A program made the translations under genes and the position numbers. The notes under the pieces were generated by a model. The model did no database searches. It saw only the letters and a program-made list of their open reading frames with translations, and had not been told where the DNA came from. From positions 130,627,803 through 130,691,802 of the forward strand of contig NC_068981.1 of NCBI RefSeq assembly GCF_001194135.2: a DNA stretch of 64,000 nt, given 5' to 3'. Within the stretch, counting starts at the first letter, position 1, and each line of letters starts with the position of its first letter. Shown one piece after another: positions 39,240 to 52,478 of this stretch. This DNA comes from Octopus bimaculoides. Its lineage: Eukaryota.

Positions 39240-40715
39240 TTCTAACGTGCCACCAGCACAAGTGCCAGTAACGCGACGCTGGTAATGATCACTCTCAAAT
39301 GGTGTTATTTACGTGCCACTAGCACAGAAGCCAGACAGCTGCTCTGGCAATGATTACACTCGGACAGTGCTGTTAGTGCTCCACTGGCACAGGTACCAGT
39401 CATCGAATATGGTTCGATTACGATTTCGATTTCACTTGCCCCAACCCAATGAAGGAGAGGCTGGGATGGGTGCCAGTTGTCGAAGTTGGTTCGATTTCGA
39501 TTTCAAATTCACTTGCCTCAACAGGTCTTCGCAAGCAGAGTTTAGTGTCCAATGAATTAAATATACGAATAAGTGAGCTGGTTACACTTCTGGCAGAGGC
39601 CACAGATTATGCTCTCTCTTGGCTTGCCGAGTCTTCTCACGTACTGCATATTTCCAAAGGTCCCAGTCACTAGTCATTGCCTTGGTGCAGCCTAAAGTTC
39701 GAAGGTCGTGCTTCATCACCTCATCCCAGGTCTTCCTGGGTCTACCTCTTCCACAGGTTCCCTCAACCGCTAGGGTGTGGCACTTTTTCCCACAGCTATC
39801 CTCATCCATTCTTGCCACATGTCCATACCAGCGCAGTCGTTTCTCTTGCACACCACAACTGATGCTTCTTAGGTCTAACTTTTCTCTCAAGGTACTTACA
39901 CTCTCTCGAGTATGCACCCCAACATTACACATCCATCAGAGCATAGTGGCTTTGTTTCTTGCGAGCTTACGCATGTCCTCAGCAATCACGGCCCATGTTT
40001 CACTGCCATGTAGCATGGCGGTTCGTACATATGCGTCATACAATCTGACAGAGAGGCTCTTTGTCACCAGCAGAGGTAAGAGCTCTCTGAACTTTGCCCA
40101 GGCTATTCTTATTCTAGCAGCTACACTTTCAGCGCACCCTCCCTTGCTACAAACTTGGTCACCTAGATAGTGGAAGTTATCAACTATGCCTAGTACACGG
40201 CTCTAGTACGTCTGTACATGGCTCGCACAACTCTCACTAACCATTCTTCTATCCCTAGTTTCCTCATTGACCACCAGATAAGGGATCGGGGGACCCTATC
40301 AAAGGCTTTCTCCATGTCAACGAAAGCCAGGTACAGAAGTTTATCTTTGGCTAGGTATTTCTCCTGCCGCTGTCTTACTAGAAATATAGCATCAGTGGTG
40401 CTTTTCCCTGGCACTAACCCAAACTGCATCTCATCTAAACTGACTCTCCTTTCTAATTAGTAGGGCTATGACCCTCTCTGTGACTTTCATTACCTGATCC
40501 AAGAACTTGATACCTCTGTAGTTATTTGTATTTAAAGCATCACCTTTACTTTTGTAGCAGTTGACTATGGTGCTGCTACACCAGTCATTGGGTATGACTC
40601 CTTCGTGTATCATCTGGTTAATGATACAAGTGACTAGGCTATAGCCGACACTGCCAGATATTTTGAGCATCTCTGCAGTGATTCCAGATGGGCCGGGCGC
40701 CTTCCCTGTCTTCAT
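39240..40715 (-). mobile_element. RTE-clade LINE, 5'-truncated, reverse transcriptase remnant
   Basis: Fragments GKAPGPSGITAEML, NYRGIK.LDQVMKV.ERV, QFG.VPGKSTTDAIFLVRQ, AFVDMEKAFDRVP and RLRWYGHVARM...GRGRPRKTW, plus a repetitive 3' UTR. Frameshifted and internally deleted. Confidence 0.9.
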
Positions 40716-40835
40716 ATTCTTAATTGATTTATCTACTATAGTACTGTCAACGTATATCTATGTATGTATGTATATATGTATGTACTTAACTTATATATAT
40801 GTGCATGCATATATATATATATATATGCATGTATG

Positions 40836-40890
<55 letters not shown>

Positions 40891-40981
40891 NNNNNNNNNN
40901 NNNNNNNNNNNNNNNNNNNNNNNNNNNNNNNNNNNNNNNNNNNNNNNNNNNNNNNNATCTATAGGTACTAGTTTCTAATAA

Positions 40982-41012
<31 letters not shown>

Positions 41013-41185
41013 GGGAAATGAAAAACTGAAGATGGAGTACACGAGAGTTTTCATTACTCATGGCAAGTGCTTTGACACATGTAGCAGCAATCCTTCATGG
41101 TATATACATATGTATATAGACACATACACACACACACACATATATATATATATGTATATACATATATATATATATATAGACACAT

Positions 41186-41236
<51 letters not shown>

Positions 41237-42703
41237 TACATACATATATATGATTCATTATGACCTAGTACCTCATATGTTTACACTTGTTTAAAATTTT
41301 ACTTGAAGATGGTGGGTTTCTTTGATGTAATCTATGAATACTTCAATAAAGTTCTACCAAGACAACTGTCATAAATTTTAAACCCAAGTAGTGTTCTTTT
41401 TTTTACACACACACACACACACATTTATTATTGGTTAGGTATGAAATTGCAGTTGACCCACTGGCCTGCTAACTGATGAGTAGTTGGCATCCATCTACGT
41501 CTGTTTCCCGTTTGTTTGTGCATTTATTATATATATATTTTTACTCACTATATACATATATAAATCTAGATATTTATCTCTCATTAGATGGAGTAGTTTT
41601 CTTTGTTGATTCTATTGTATATGTAAACTATATATTTATAGTGTCCATATGTAATGTCTATACATATTATATACGTTGGTAGGTGCAGATATGAATATGT
41701 TGGTAAGAAGTTAACTTCCCAACCACATAATTTTGGGTTTGGTCCCACAGCATGGCACCTTGAGTAAATGTCAACTACATGAGGTTTGTGTTGACCGAAG
41801 CCTTGAGTGAATTTGGAAGATTGTCATGTGTACGTATGTGTGTGAAAGTGCTTGTGCCTTCTTAGACATAGTGCACAGGTATAATGTACACAAACACATG
41901 ACTGTAGTATTAAAAATTTAGCTTTGCAACCACATATTCTGGCTCTGTCACATTGTACAACACCTCGAGCAAAGATATTTTACTATAGCCCTGGGCTGAA
42001 CTGAACATAACCAGTGGGAATGATTTGATAAATTGTAACTGAAAGAAACCTGTTACTTATATGCGCACACACACACCTGTATGCATGCATGTATATACCT
42101 CTTTGTGTGCAAAGTATGTATTTGTTATCAATAAATTCGTTTTTGACTTTTAAAGAAGAGTTTTAGTCTATTTGGCTCTATAAATATTCTGTTTTTGTTT
42201 AAAGCCAAAGTCTTTAGGAACATATCCAAGTGTTGTTCAACTTCTTTCTGTATCAGATGTGTCTGCTGTCAATATCCAAGACTACTCTTCTATAAGCTTG
42301 AATTATTAATATTAATCTCTTTCTCTAAGCATAAGAAAATCTCTCTCCAATAGCCATTACTTATATGTAAATAAAAATTTCACTTTCTTTTCTTGTTTAA
42401 TGTATATAGATATTTCACACATTTCTACTACCAAAAATTTATTTAATTACAGGTAATGCCAATAAGCCCTGGTTTTATAATGTCACATACATTAAGTAAC
42501 ATTGTGAGGGTAGAAAGTTAGCAGAAAGTAAGCTAAATGTGCTATAATAGTTATTTGGTTAGAGGCATGTTACCTTCTGAATTAAATACAATTAGAAATT
42601 TTACTTCAAGTCGTGCAGAGTAATACACACCAATCACACACACACACACACACATGCTGCTGACGATTTCTTTTCTTTCTTTGGACTTTTCCCTCTCTCC
42701 TCT

Positions 42704-42730
42704 CCGATGAAGAGCTATGCTCGAAACGTC
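42704..42730 (+). ncRNA. Degenerate minimal hammerhead motif in a Penelope-like repeat remnant
   Basis: CCGAUGA-A-GAGC-UAU-GCUC-GAAA-CG-UC. Perfect 4-bp helix II and ACGU palindrome, but U4>C in the core and no good helix I. Confidence 0.4.
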
Positions 42731-43011
42731 AAACTCTCTTTTTTCACCAAGTGTCAAAACTAATACATTTTTTGTGCACGTTCTCTTGTCGTCCATTATT
42801 TTCATTTGTTTATTTGAATTGACTATATATCTATATATATATATATANNNNNNNNNNNNNNNNNNNNNNNNNNNNNNNNNNNNNNNNNNNNNNNNNNNNN
42901 NNNNNNNNNNNNNNNNNNNNNNNNNNNNNNNNNNNNNNNNNNNNNNNNNNNNNNNNNNNNNNNNNNNNNNNNNNNNTACTTGGAAATGGATGCATGGCAT
43001 TCAATCATATA

Positions 43012-43046
<35 letters not shown>

Positions 43047-45499
43047 TATATGGGTACAGGATGTCACCAACAGTAAGCAACATGAAATATGATTTTCTGT
43101 CTCTTTCCCCCTCTTTCTCCATCTCTCTCTCTCTCGTTATTCACACGTGACCATTGTCCATCTTTCTTTTCTTTCAGGACTGTCCTAAGGATTGGACATA
43201 TCCTATCTCTCTCTTCTATCGTTTCTCTTGTCAAAGAAAATATTTCTCCAGTGTTCACTACTTTACCCTCGTTCTGGTCTAACAGCCCTCCATGTTTGTT
43301 TTCGTTTGGTTTGCTTGTATGTCTCCACTGTCCTGTTTTTGGTCCCATCTTTGACCCTCCATAAATCCAAATATTATTTTGGTACTTATGGGAGCAACCG
43401 TCTTCGAAGACTCATATTGTCGTTCAATGCTCGAAATGAGGAGTAGATAGCCGGCAACTGATGGAGTGTCGTTCTTTATGTTACTTGCCCTGTTTTCCAT
43501 TTATTTCTCTCGTTGTTTGCATATAGAACTCATTTGTTTTCGTATTTCATGTTGTTTACTGTTGGTGACGTATGCATATGTCTATCTATCTATTTGTAGA
43601 TAGATAAAAAGAGCGGCTTATTAGCAATTAGAACCTAAAGGCAAAATTAATAGAGATCACAAAAGTGACAGAGGGTACTGACTAGCACCACTTTTGCTAA
43701 AAATAAGAGTTAAAACAACTGAAAAGCCACAAAAGCATTATCTTAATATGAGAGACAGTAAAACACTGCTTTTGAGTTGTTTTAACTCTTCTTTTTAGCA
43801 AAAGCGGTGCTAGTCAGTAGCCTCTGTCACTCTTGTGACCTCATACACACACACATATATATATATCATAAAGATGGCTTATTTCCAATTTACAACCGAA
43901 AGGCAGAAGTGTGAGTGCGTGTGTATACACACTCTAATTGAGACAATTTTATTGACAGTATGACTACCTCCCTCTCTTAGAGACAGGCATGGCTATATGA
44001 TTAAGAATATTTTGTTTTGTAACTACGTGAATTTAGGTTGTCTTTCACTGTGTAGCACCTTAGGCTTTTATCTTAGGTTGATCAAAATCTGAGTGAAACT
44101 TAGTGAACAGAAACCGTGCAAAGCTGCTGTTTCTGTCCTTGGGTGGTAGACTTAATTCATCTCCTGGTTTAACAAGCCCACCTAGCCCCAAGATGTCTTT
44201 AACAGAGTCTACTTTGGCGCAATTATTTAATTCCGATTTCCGGTCTGAGAGTAGTTTCCTTCCTATTCTCTTACNNNNNNNNNNGAAAAAAAAAAAAAAA
44301 AAAAGTCATTGGCACTGCTCTACCCTCTCTGACAAAACACACAGAAGAAAAAAAAATCGTCTTTTTGTTTAGTCAACAGAAATCGATATTACGAAATAAT
44401 GAACTCTATACATAGTTTGGTCAATGAACTGGCAAAATTACCGGAAGACAGGCAGGGAACACGCAAATATTCCAATAACCCAGGCTACAGTGTCAATCTG
44501 ACATATATTAACATTTCACTGAGACGAACGATTTGTTAACACTGAAGAAGATAGTTAGACTATGATAAGTTGCACTTCCGAAGAACAAATATAAATATAA
44601 AAGAGAATGCTAAACTGCACCCACTTCTAAGAATAAGAATGAAATTACGAGAAGCAATAACTTCTGGCAACGAAAAAAAACTTTAAATCGCACGAAAACT
44701 GCAAGATAACTGCAACATATGCAAAAATCAATATTGCATAATATATACTGATCAACAATATACAATACACAGCGCAATTTGTCAGTCATTTCCATCTAAA
44801 CATTGAGATCACACTGAGCTGGACAGTTCTATGACCTAATATTACTACACAGTGAAAAGGTTTTGCAGAATTAGGTTGAAAAACTACAGGCATAAGGCGT
44901 AGAATATTGTAATATATTATGCCGACGAAAGGCTGTGTAATTCAAATCTATCCAAACCCATTCAAAGCTTATTTTATACGAAGTATTACAGCTTAGTAAA
45001 TATTTTCCAACTTTGTATATAGACAATTTATTACTCAATATTTCTAGTGCTTGAATAATGGTTATATATATATGTATATTATTAAAGTACGGTACTAGCT
45101 TGGAGTAGTTCGCCAGAAAGTAACTAAGAGCGACCAGAGAAATTAGATCAAACTTGCTCAAAGTTATCACCACATTTTAACTATTGTGCGTGTGTGAATA
45201 TCATATTACTCACATATACGCACAAGTACGGTATTAAATATATAGAAATATTTTTAAAGCGTATCTGTTACTAGATTTGAATTGTTTATAATTGTGTGGA
45301 GGGTAGAGAGATGATTTACAGCGACCGATCGTTACTTGAGAGAGAGAGAGAGAGAGAGAGAGAAATAGAGACAGAGAGAAAGGGGGGATGCAACAGCAAA
45401 GAATCGAAGACAGTTCGAACGGTAGGTCGAGCGGGAGCTTACTTTACACTTCACGGCGCTCGCCAATTATAATATCAATAANNNNNNNNNNGAGCTTAC

Positions 45500-45553
45500 T
45501 TTACACTTCACGGCGCTCGCCAATTATAATATCAATAAAAAATATGTATACAT
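45500..45553 (-). other. Candidate first or 5' exon end: signal-peptide-like reading MYTYFLLIL*LASAVKCK followed by a GTAAGC donor
   Basis: ATG at 45553, hydrophobic core, A-V-K-C end, donor AAA|GTAAGC at 45499. In-frame TAA at 45526-45524, also present in the duplicated copy left of the gap. Confidence 0.35.
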
Positions 45554-46533
45554 TATTACTACACCGTGATAATGCGATCTTAAATTACACAATCGATCTG
45601 GGACAGTTAAAAAAAAAAAAACACAACAGACGTAAACTGACCAGGATAACAAACAAATAAACAGATAAAAAAACAAAGCTGCAAACTAACCGTGACAAAT
45701 TAATTTTGATGACAAATCCCATCGCAAAAGGGTTTAGCCACGCACACACACACACACACATTATAGAGAGAAAGAGAGAGAAATGTGGTTAATAATTAAG
45801 CCAGCTCAATTAGTAACTGTCAAGAAGTTAGCTGCTGAAATTTAAAAAAAATATATAAATGAGGGCAGTCTTATACAGTAAGAAACANNNNNNNNNNNNN
45901 NNNNNNNNNNNNNNNNNNNNNNNNNNNNNNNNNNNNNNNNNNNNNNNNNNNNNNNNNNNNNNNNNNNNNNNNNNNNNNNNNNNNNNNAAGGGAGGAGCTG
46001 TCTAGAGTGGCAATGTCATATCTACACATAGTAACAGCTTAGTAGTCACCAAGTGAAGCAAACAAGCAGCAGCAACCTTATAAGACAGACGGTAAAAAGC
46101 AGCAAGCTTAGTGTGTGTTTGCATTATTGTGTATTTATGTGTTTGCATGTGTACAGTCAGGTATCGAGCCGGTTCTTCACTGACAGACCTGGCTTGGGAA
46201 AAAAAGCAGACAGACAAGACGAGAGAATGAATGAATGAATGAATGAGAGACGAAGACAGAAGCAGACAGAGAGCAAATTTGCATAATTTCTAGACAGATG
46301 ACTAGACAGCAGCAGTCGAAACAACAACAAATGATATAAGAATAACACTGCTTATTTGGGATTGTCCAAAGCAGTGACACTAACTTTTTACACACACATT
46401 TGCAACAGACATACACTAAAACACAGATAGACACTCAAAATACACAAACATACAGACACATGCAGATAAACACTCCAATATTAACATATATAGACGGACA
46501 CGTAGACGCAAATAGAGAACTCACACACACACA

Positions 46534-46577
<44 letters not shown>

Positions 46578-49500
46578 AACATAGATACTGAATACATAGT
46601 CAAGAATGCTCATGGTAGATACACATAGATATACAAACATGAAACGACAGACACTCACCTACATATCGCGTATACAGACATATGCAAACAAATATACATA
46701 TGTAGACAGAATAGCTTGTGCAGTTGTATCAGACAGAATCCGCACAACACATGCAAATTACACACACACATACAAATATAAACGTAAACACATGCTTACA
46801 GACAGATACTATACATAGATTTTAAAAAAATAATACTCTCACGTAGAGACATATTGCAGACGAAGTAGTTGAACGATAAAATCAGGCACATAGAACATAG
46901 TCTAGGCGCTTGAATGTACACACACACACAAATACTGACAGCAAACCAGGGAAATTTCACATTCAGCAGAAAATGTATATAACTTCATTGACATTTAACA
47001 AAAGGTGTAAGAACAACGGAATTCTGTGCCTAAGACTTCAGCCGGCAACTAGACATACTTAGTGTTTCATAGCAGACCACTTTAGTGTAAACCGACGCAC
47101 ATGCACAAATTCACTTCTCCAGACTCATCTGACTCAAAACATGCACAGTAAAAAGTAAAAAAAGAAACGTAAATTTAGCTGTTGCTTCCTTAATGCCAAT
47201 TTCCATGACTATCATAACCGTCGTTCCGTTTTCTGAACTTTGCAGCTTTTTTCTTTTCATATTTTAAATAGTTTCGTTAAATTAAACCAAGGCAGTAGTG
47301 CTGCTTCGGTTGGGGCCTTGTAGTTTTAGGGTTTGTCAATATCTCATATGGAGTGCTGAAAATATTGATGAATATAATGTTTCATTCCGGCACAAGACGT
47401 AAAATTTTGGTGAAATGTTTCTAATTGTAAGACCTAATGCTATTGAGTTCATGGATTTCCTTGTTGCTTTTCCCGTATCTAATTAAAACACGGCTGGGGG
47501 CAGGAAGTCAAGATTACAGCTTCGGTTGCTTTTGACAACTTGATTTTTAAGTCAGTTTGATTACGCTGTTTGCTTGTTTGTTGTTGGAGTGTGGTGGCTG
47601 TGATTCCTGAAGTTGTTTAGCTACAAAAGTCGGCTCTGATCGAGTAGATCTATGATCAAAAAGCACTTCTTAGTCAAAATATTCAAAATGAAAGACCTCC
47701 GGGACAAGCAGAGACACAATTTGCTGCTTTAACTCAGCAGTCTCTGACCCCCACCCTCACTCACACAAAGTTATATCAACTGACTAAACCCTTACTACCT
47801 ACAAAGAAACAACTGTGAAGCTTCGCCCACCTCACTGAGTTGGTCATAACCAGAACCCCCAAAGAATACTGCACATTGGAAAAAAAAAGGTTCAAGAAAG
47901 TAACAGATCCGCTGACAAGTTACACTCGATACAACAGGTAACAGCTTGTAGGAGTCCGCAATAAAGACTTCATATAGACAAAAGCAGAAGTCCACTTGGA
48001 GCAATGGATCTTCGCTTGGCCAACTAACCTATGCCCATAGGTCTTTCGATCAGCACTAATCAACAACCACGACAATAAATGTTTGACTATGAAACTTTAA
48101 AAAAGTAATAAGTGATATTTTTTTCGAAGACTGAATATTTAGTACCAAAGTACCTCTATCACAAATTAGCATTAGAGATAGAACGCACTGCTTGTACACA
48201 GTCCAATGAAACCTTTACGTAGTCTCTGGAAATGTTAGCAACAGCAATCAAATCACGTTTGAACAATCCCAACTGTATGAAAAAGGAATAAATATAGCAT
48301 GGAAACTAATTCTGTAAATAGTATATGCCAGACAGGAAGATGAAAAAGCCACGGCTAGAAAGCCAGCTTCTCAGATCAATACGTCGGACGTATTACAATC
48401 TTCAGCACGATTGTTTCAAATTTTGGCATAATGTCAGCAATTTTAAGGGCAGAGGATTGATTAGTCGATTGCATCGATCTCGGTATTTGACTGGTACTTA
48501 ATTTCATCAAACACCAAAATGATGAAAGGAAAAAGTTCACCTCGGCAGAATCTGAACTCAGAACGTTAAGGGCCGGAAGAAATGTCGCTAAACATTTTGC
48601 CAAGCACATTAACAATTCTGTCAGCTCGCTCGTTATTCCTCAACAAAATTAAAATATGGAATATCTGGAGAGCTGGATCAGGGAGTAGCATCAAGATATA
48701 AGACCAGCTGTCTTTGTATCATAAGATTTGAGTACAGCTAAAATGAAATACTCAACAACAATAACTGCATGTATAGTTGTATTAGTAACATAGTAATAGA
48801 CCATTACCAATAACTTTTTAGGCTTAATTAAAGCCAGTTTCAAAATTCAGAACTCCATCAGAATATTGGCGGAGGTCGGGTGTTTTTCCCCAAAAAAGTT
48901 TCTTCGGGTCCATATGTTTTCGATATTGGAGATAACGATTTTGCCAAAAAAAAAAAAAGTTTTCAACTCTCCCCTCCTTATCCATTTTTATTTATTTATT
49001 TTTAAAAAGTCTTTCTTTTTTTTTCCAATTAAATCCACGTGAAAAAATACGGAGATTACAAATCTGGAAGAAATATATATTTTTTAAAATTTGAAATTTT
49101 CTTAGAAAACATCCTGTGTCGCCCGTCTCCACCCTNNNNNNNNNNNNNNNNNNNNNNNNNNNNNNNNNNNNNNNNNNNNNNNNNNNNNNNNNNNNNNNNN
49201 NNNNNNNNNNNNNNNNNNNNNNNNNNNNNNNNNNNNNNNNNNNNNNNNNNNNNNNNNNNNNNNNNNNNNNNNNNNNNNNNNNNNNNNNNNNNNNNNNNNN
49301 NNNNNNNNNNNNNNNNNNNNNNNNNNNNNNNNNNNNNNNNNNNNNNNNNNNNNNNNNNNNNNNNNNNNNNNNNNNNNNNNNNNNNNNNNNNNNNNNNNNN
49401 NNNNNNNNNNNNNNNNNNNNNNNNNNNNNNNNNNNNNNNNNNNNNNNNNNNNNNNNNNNNNNNNNNNNNNNNNNNNNNNNNNNNNNNNNNNNNNNNNNNN

Positions 49501-49699
49501 NNNNNNNNNNNNNNNNNNNNNNNNNNNNNNNNNNNNNNNNNNNNNNNNNNNNNNNNNNNNNNNNNNNNNNNNNNNNNNNNNNNNNNNNNNNNNNNNNNNN
49601 NNNNNNNNNNNNNNNNNNNNNNNNNNNNNNNNNNNNNNNNNNNNNNNNNNNNNNNNNNNNNNNNNNNNNNNNNNNNNNNNNNNNNNNNNNNNNNNNNNN

Positions 49700-49755
<56 letters not shown>

Positions 49756-50488
49756 GATTGCTTCAATTTTAGTATTTTACCCCTGCAAAGTACTCCAGAC
49801 ATCGAACAGTAATAGTAGAACAGACTGAAATCTAAACTACAGTCAAGTGTCCTTGGTGTTGTGGGCACAATAAACAACGAACTAGACAGTAAAATTTTTT
49901 TAAAGAATGTACAGGACTTGCAAAAACATCTTTCTATAACAACATGCAACCTTCTAAAGTTTCATTTTATTAAGTACTCGGCTTGAGTGAATTATTTTTA
50001 GTTATAAAACGTTAAGTGCAGAGTTTAGTTTTGATAAAATAAGTACAAGCTACAGTATTCTGAGAAGTCAGTGAAATTGTGTTAAGGGTAAGGGTCACTG
50101 CAGATACAGATTAAACAGAAGCATTTTTATATGCTTTGCAGATTGTTAAGGAAACTTAAATCAAAAACTAAGGTTATCGCTCTAGAAAGCAAGCCATTTA
50201 AGAAGCAAAGTAGTAAAACAGTATAGGAAACCAACAGGGTCTCGTAGTAAGTGAAAAATAAACAGCATTGAGTCACCATATTTAAAAGTAACGTCAAAAA
50301 ACAAGGTCACTGTCAGTGGTATAGAATTTAAGTTATTATGTAAATGAGCAAGCAGTAGAAAATGGGTCAGAGCAGTGACCTAATGCTAAGGGAGAGACAA
50401 GAATGCTAAATGTTTCATGCAAAAAAACCCTTTGCTGTCGGCGAGTGAGAAAGAAAGGAAACAAATCATGTTTATGGGAGCAATGAGC

Positions 50489-50535
<47 letters not shown>

Positions 50536-50754
50536 CATAATACAAAAAATATATATGCATGTATACACACATATATGTACATACTTACATCTACATGTGT
50601 ATATAGATGCATATCAGGGTACAGGACGTTAGAACAATGAACTACAGACAACGGAACGAACACATAGGGAAAAAAATAGCCACTTGGAATTAATCGTTCG
50701 TCAGCTGCCTCTTTTCTAACTAGACGTTTCGAATATATATATATATATATAGAT

Positions 50755-50792
<38 letters not shown>

Positions 50793-52398
50793 TCAATCGC
50801 ATATGCATGTGTGAGTATACGTGCGTCTATGATTTGTGTAATACATATATATTTATGAATGGATATGTCTATCTATCTATCTACCCACCCACATACATAC
50901 AGATACGTAAACGTACACTTCGACCTTGTAAGAAAAGTGCTACCTGCTCAACATTGCTGTGGGTGTAGGGCGTTTAACAACCTTAACTAGAACGAAATCG
51001 AGGACATAATCGAAGTCTTCAACACTAACGAAACAATGTTATGAAGATCTATAAATCTGTACATAGAAACAGAAATAAGAACATCTATTAAATTTGAAAT
51101 TTTCACGGCTCCTACCAGTCAACAAAATTATTCTCCCTTCTCTTCGCTTGGAGAAATGTCGGGCTGTGATAAAAAAAACCCAAAGAATTGAAATACTTAC
51201 AGGCCATCTTGCTCTTGTCATTAAAGATTTAGTTATCTATATGATACTGAGAGACAGGCATGTGTGTTTTCTGTTATTGTACAAGACTGATACAATCTAA
51301 CAAAGTAAAGCAAAATCATATATATATATGTAAAAATTAACACTTCCTTCTCCGTGCCTAGATTCGAAACCGTTAATAGTTGAACCAGTTATCACTTTGT
51401 CATTTCACAGGCAAACACATGCCTATCGCACCGACACTAATCAAAAAACATACCACATTTTGGTGACTCCACTATATATATATATATATATATATATNNN
51501 NNNNNNNNNNNNNNNNNNNNNNNNNNNNNNNNNNNNNNNNNNNNNNNNNNNNNNNNNNNNNNNNNNNNNNNNNNNNNNNNNNNNNNNNNNNNNNNNNNNN
51601 NNNNNNNNNNNNNNNNNNNNNNNNNNNNNNNNNNNNNNNNNNNNNNNNNNNNNNNNNNNNNNNNNNNNNNNNNNNNNNNNNNNNNNNNNNNNNNNNNNNN
51701 NNNNNNNNNNNNNNNNNNNNNNNNNNNNNNNNNNNNNNNNNNNNNNNNNNNNNNNNNNNNNNNNNNNNNNNNNNNNNNNNNNNNNNNNNNNNNNNNNNNN
51801 NNNNNNNNNNNNNNNNNNNNNNNNNNNNNNNNNNNNNNNNNNNNNNNNNNNNNNNNNNNNNNNNNNNNNNNNNNNNNNNNNNNNNNNNNNNNNNNNNNNN
51901 NNNNNNNNNNNNNNNNNNNNNNNNNNNNNNNNNNNNNNNNNNNNNNNNNNNNNNNNNNNNNNNNNNNNNNNNNNNNNNNNNNNNNNNNNNNNNNNNNNNN
52001 NNNNNNNNNNNNNNNNNNNNNNNNNNNNNNNNNNNNNNNNNNNNNNNNNNNNNNNNNNNNNNNNNNNNNNNNNNNNNNNNNNNNNNNNNNNNNNNNNNNN
52101 NNNNNNNNNNNNNNNNNNNNNNNNNNNNNNNNNNNNNNNNNNNNNNNNNNNNNNNNNNNNNNNNNNNNNNNNNNNNNNNNNNNNNNNNNNNNNNNNNNNN
52201 NNNNNNNNNNNNNNNNNNNNNNNNNNNNNNNNNNNNNNNNNNNNNNNNNNNNNNNNNNNNNNNNNNNNNNNNNNNNNNNNNNNNNNNNNNNNNNNNNNNN
52301 NNNNNNNNNNNNNNNNNNNNNNNNNNNNNNNNNNNNNNNNNNNNAGTAAAAATGATTGAAACAAGAGTGTGTGTGTGTGTGTGTGTAAGTATTGTGTG

Positions 52399-52478
<80 letters not shown>

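Noticed and set aside
41473-41505. CTGATGA followed by a GTAG/CTAC hairpin
   Set aside because: No GAAA, no helix I and no helix III, so not a hammerhead.
45435-45537. Apparent ~47-bp direct duplication including a splice donor
   Set aside because: The copies flank a 10-N gap, typical of an unmerged contig overlap.
47795-48004. Minus-strand ORF near the proposed promoter as an alternative first exon
   Set aside because: Non-ATG start, no signal-peptide pattern and only a weak donor.
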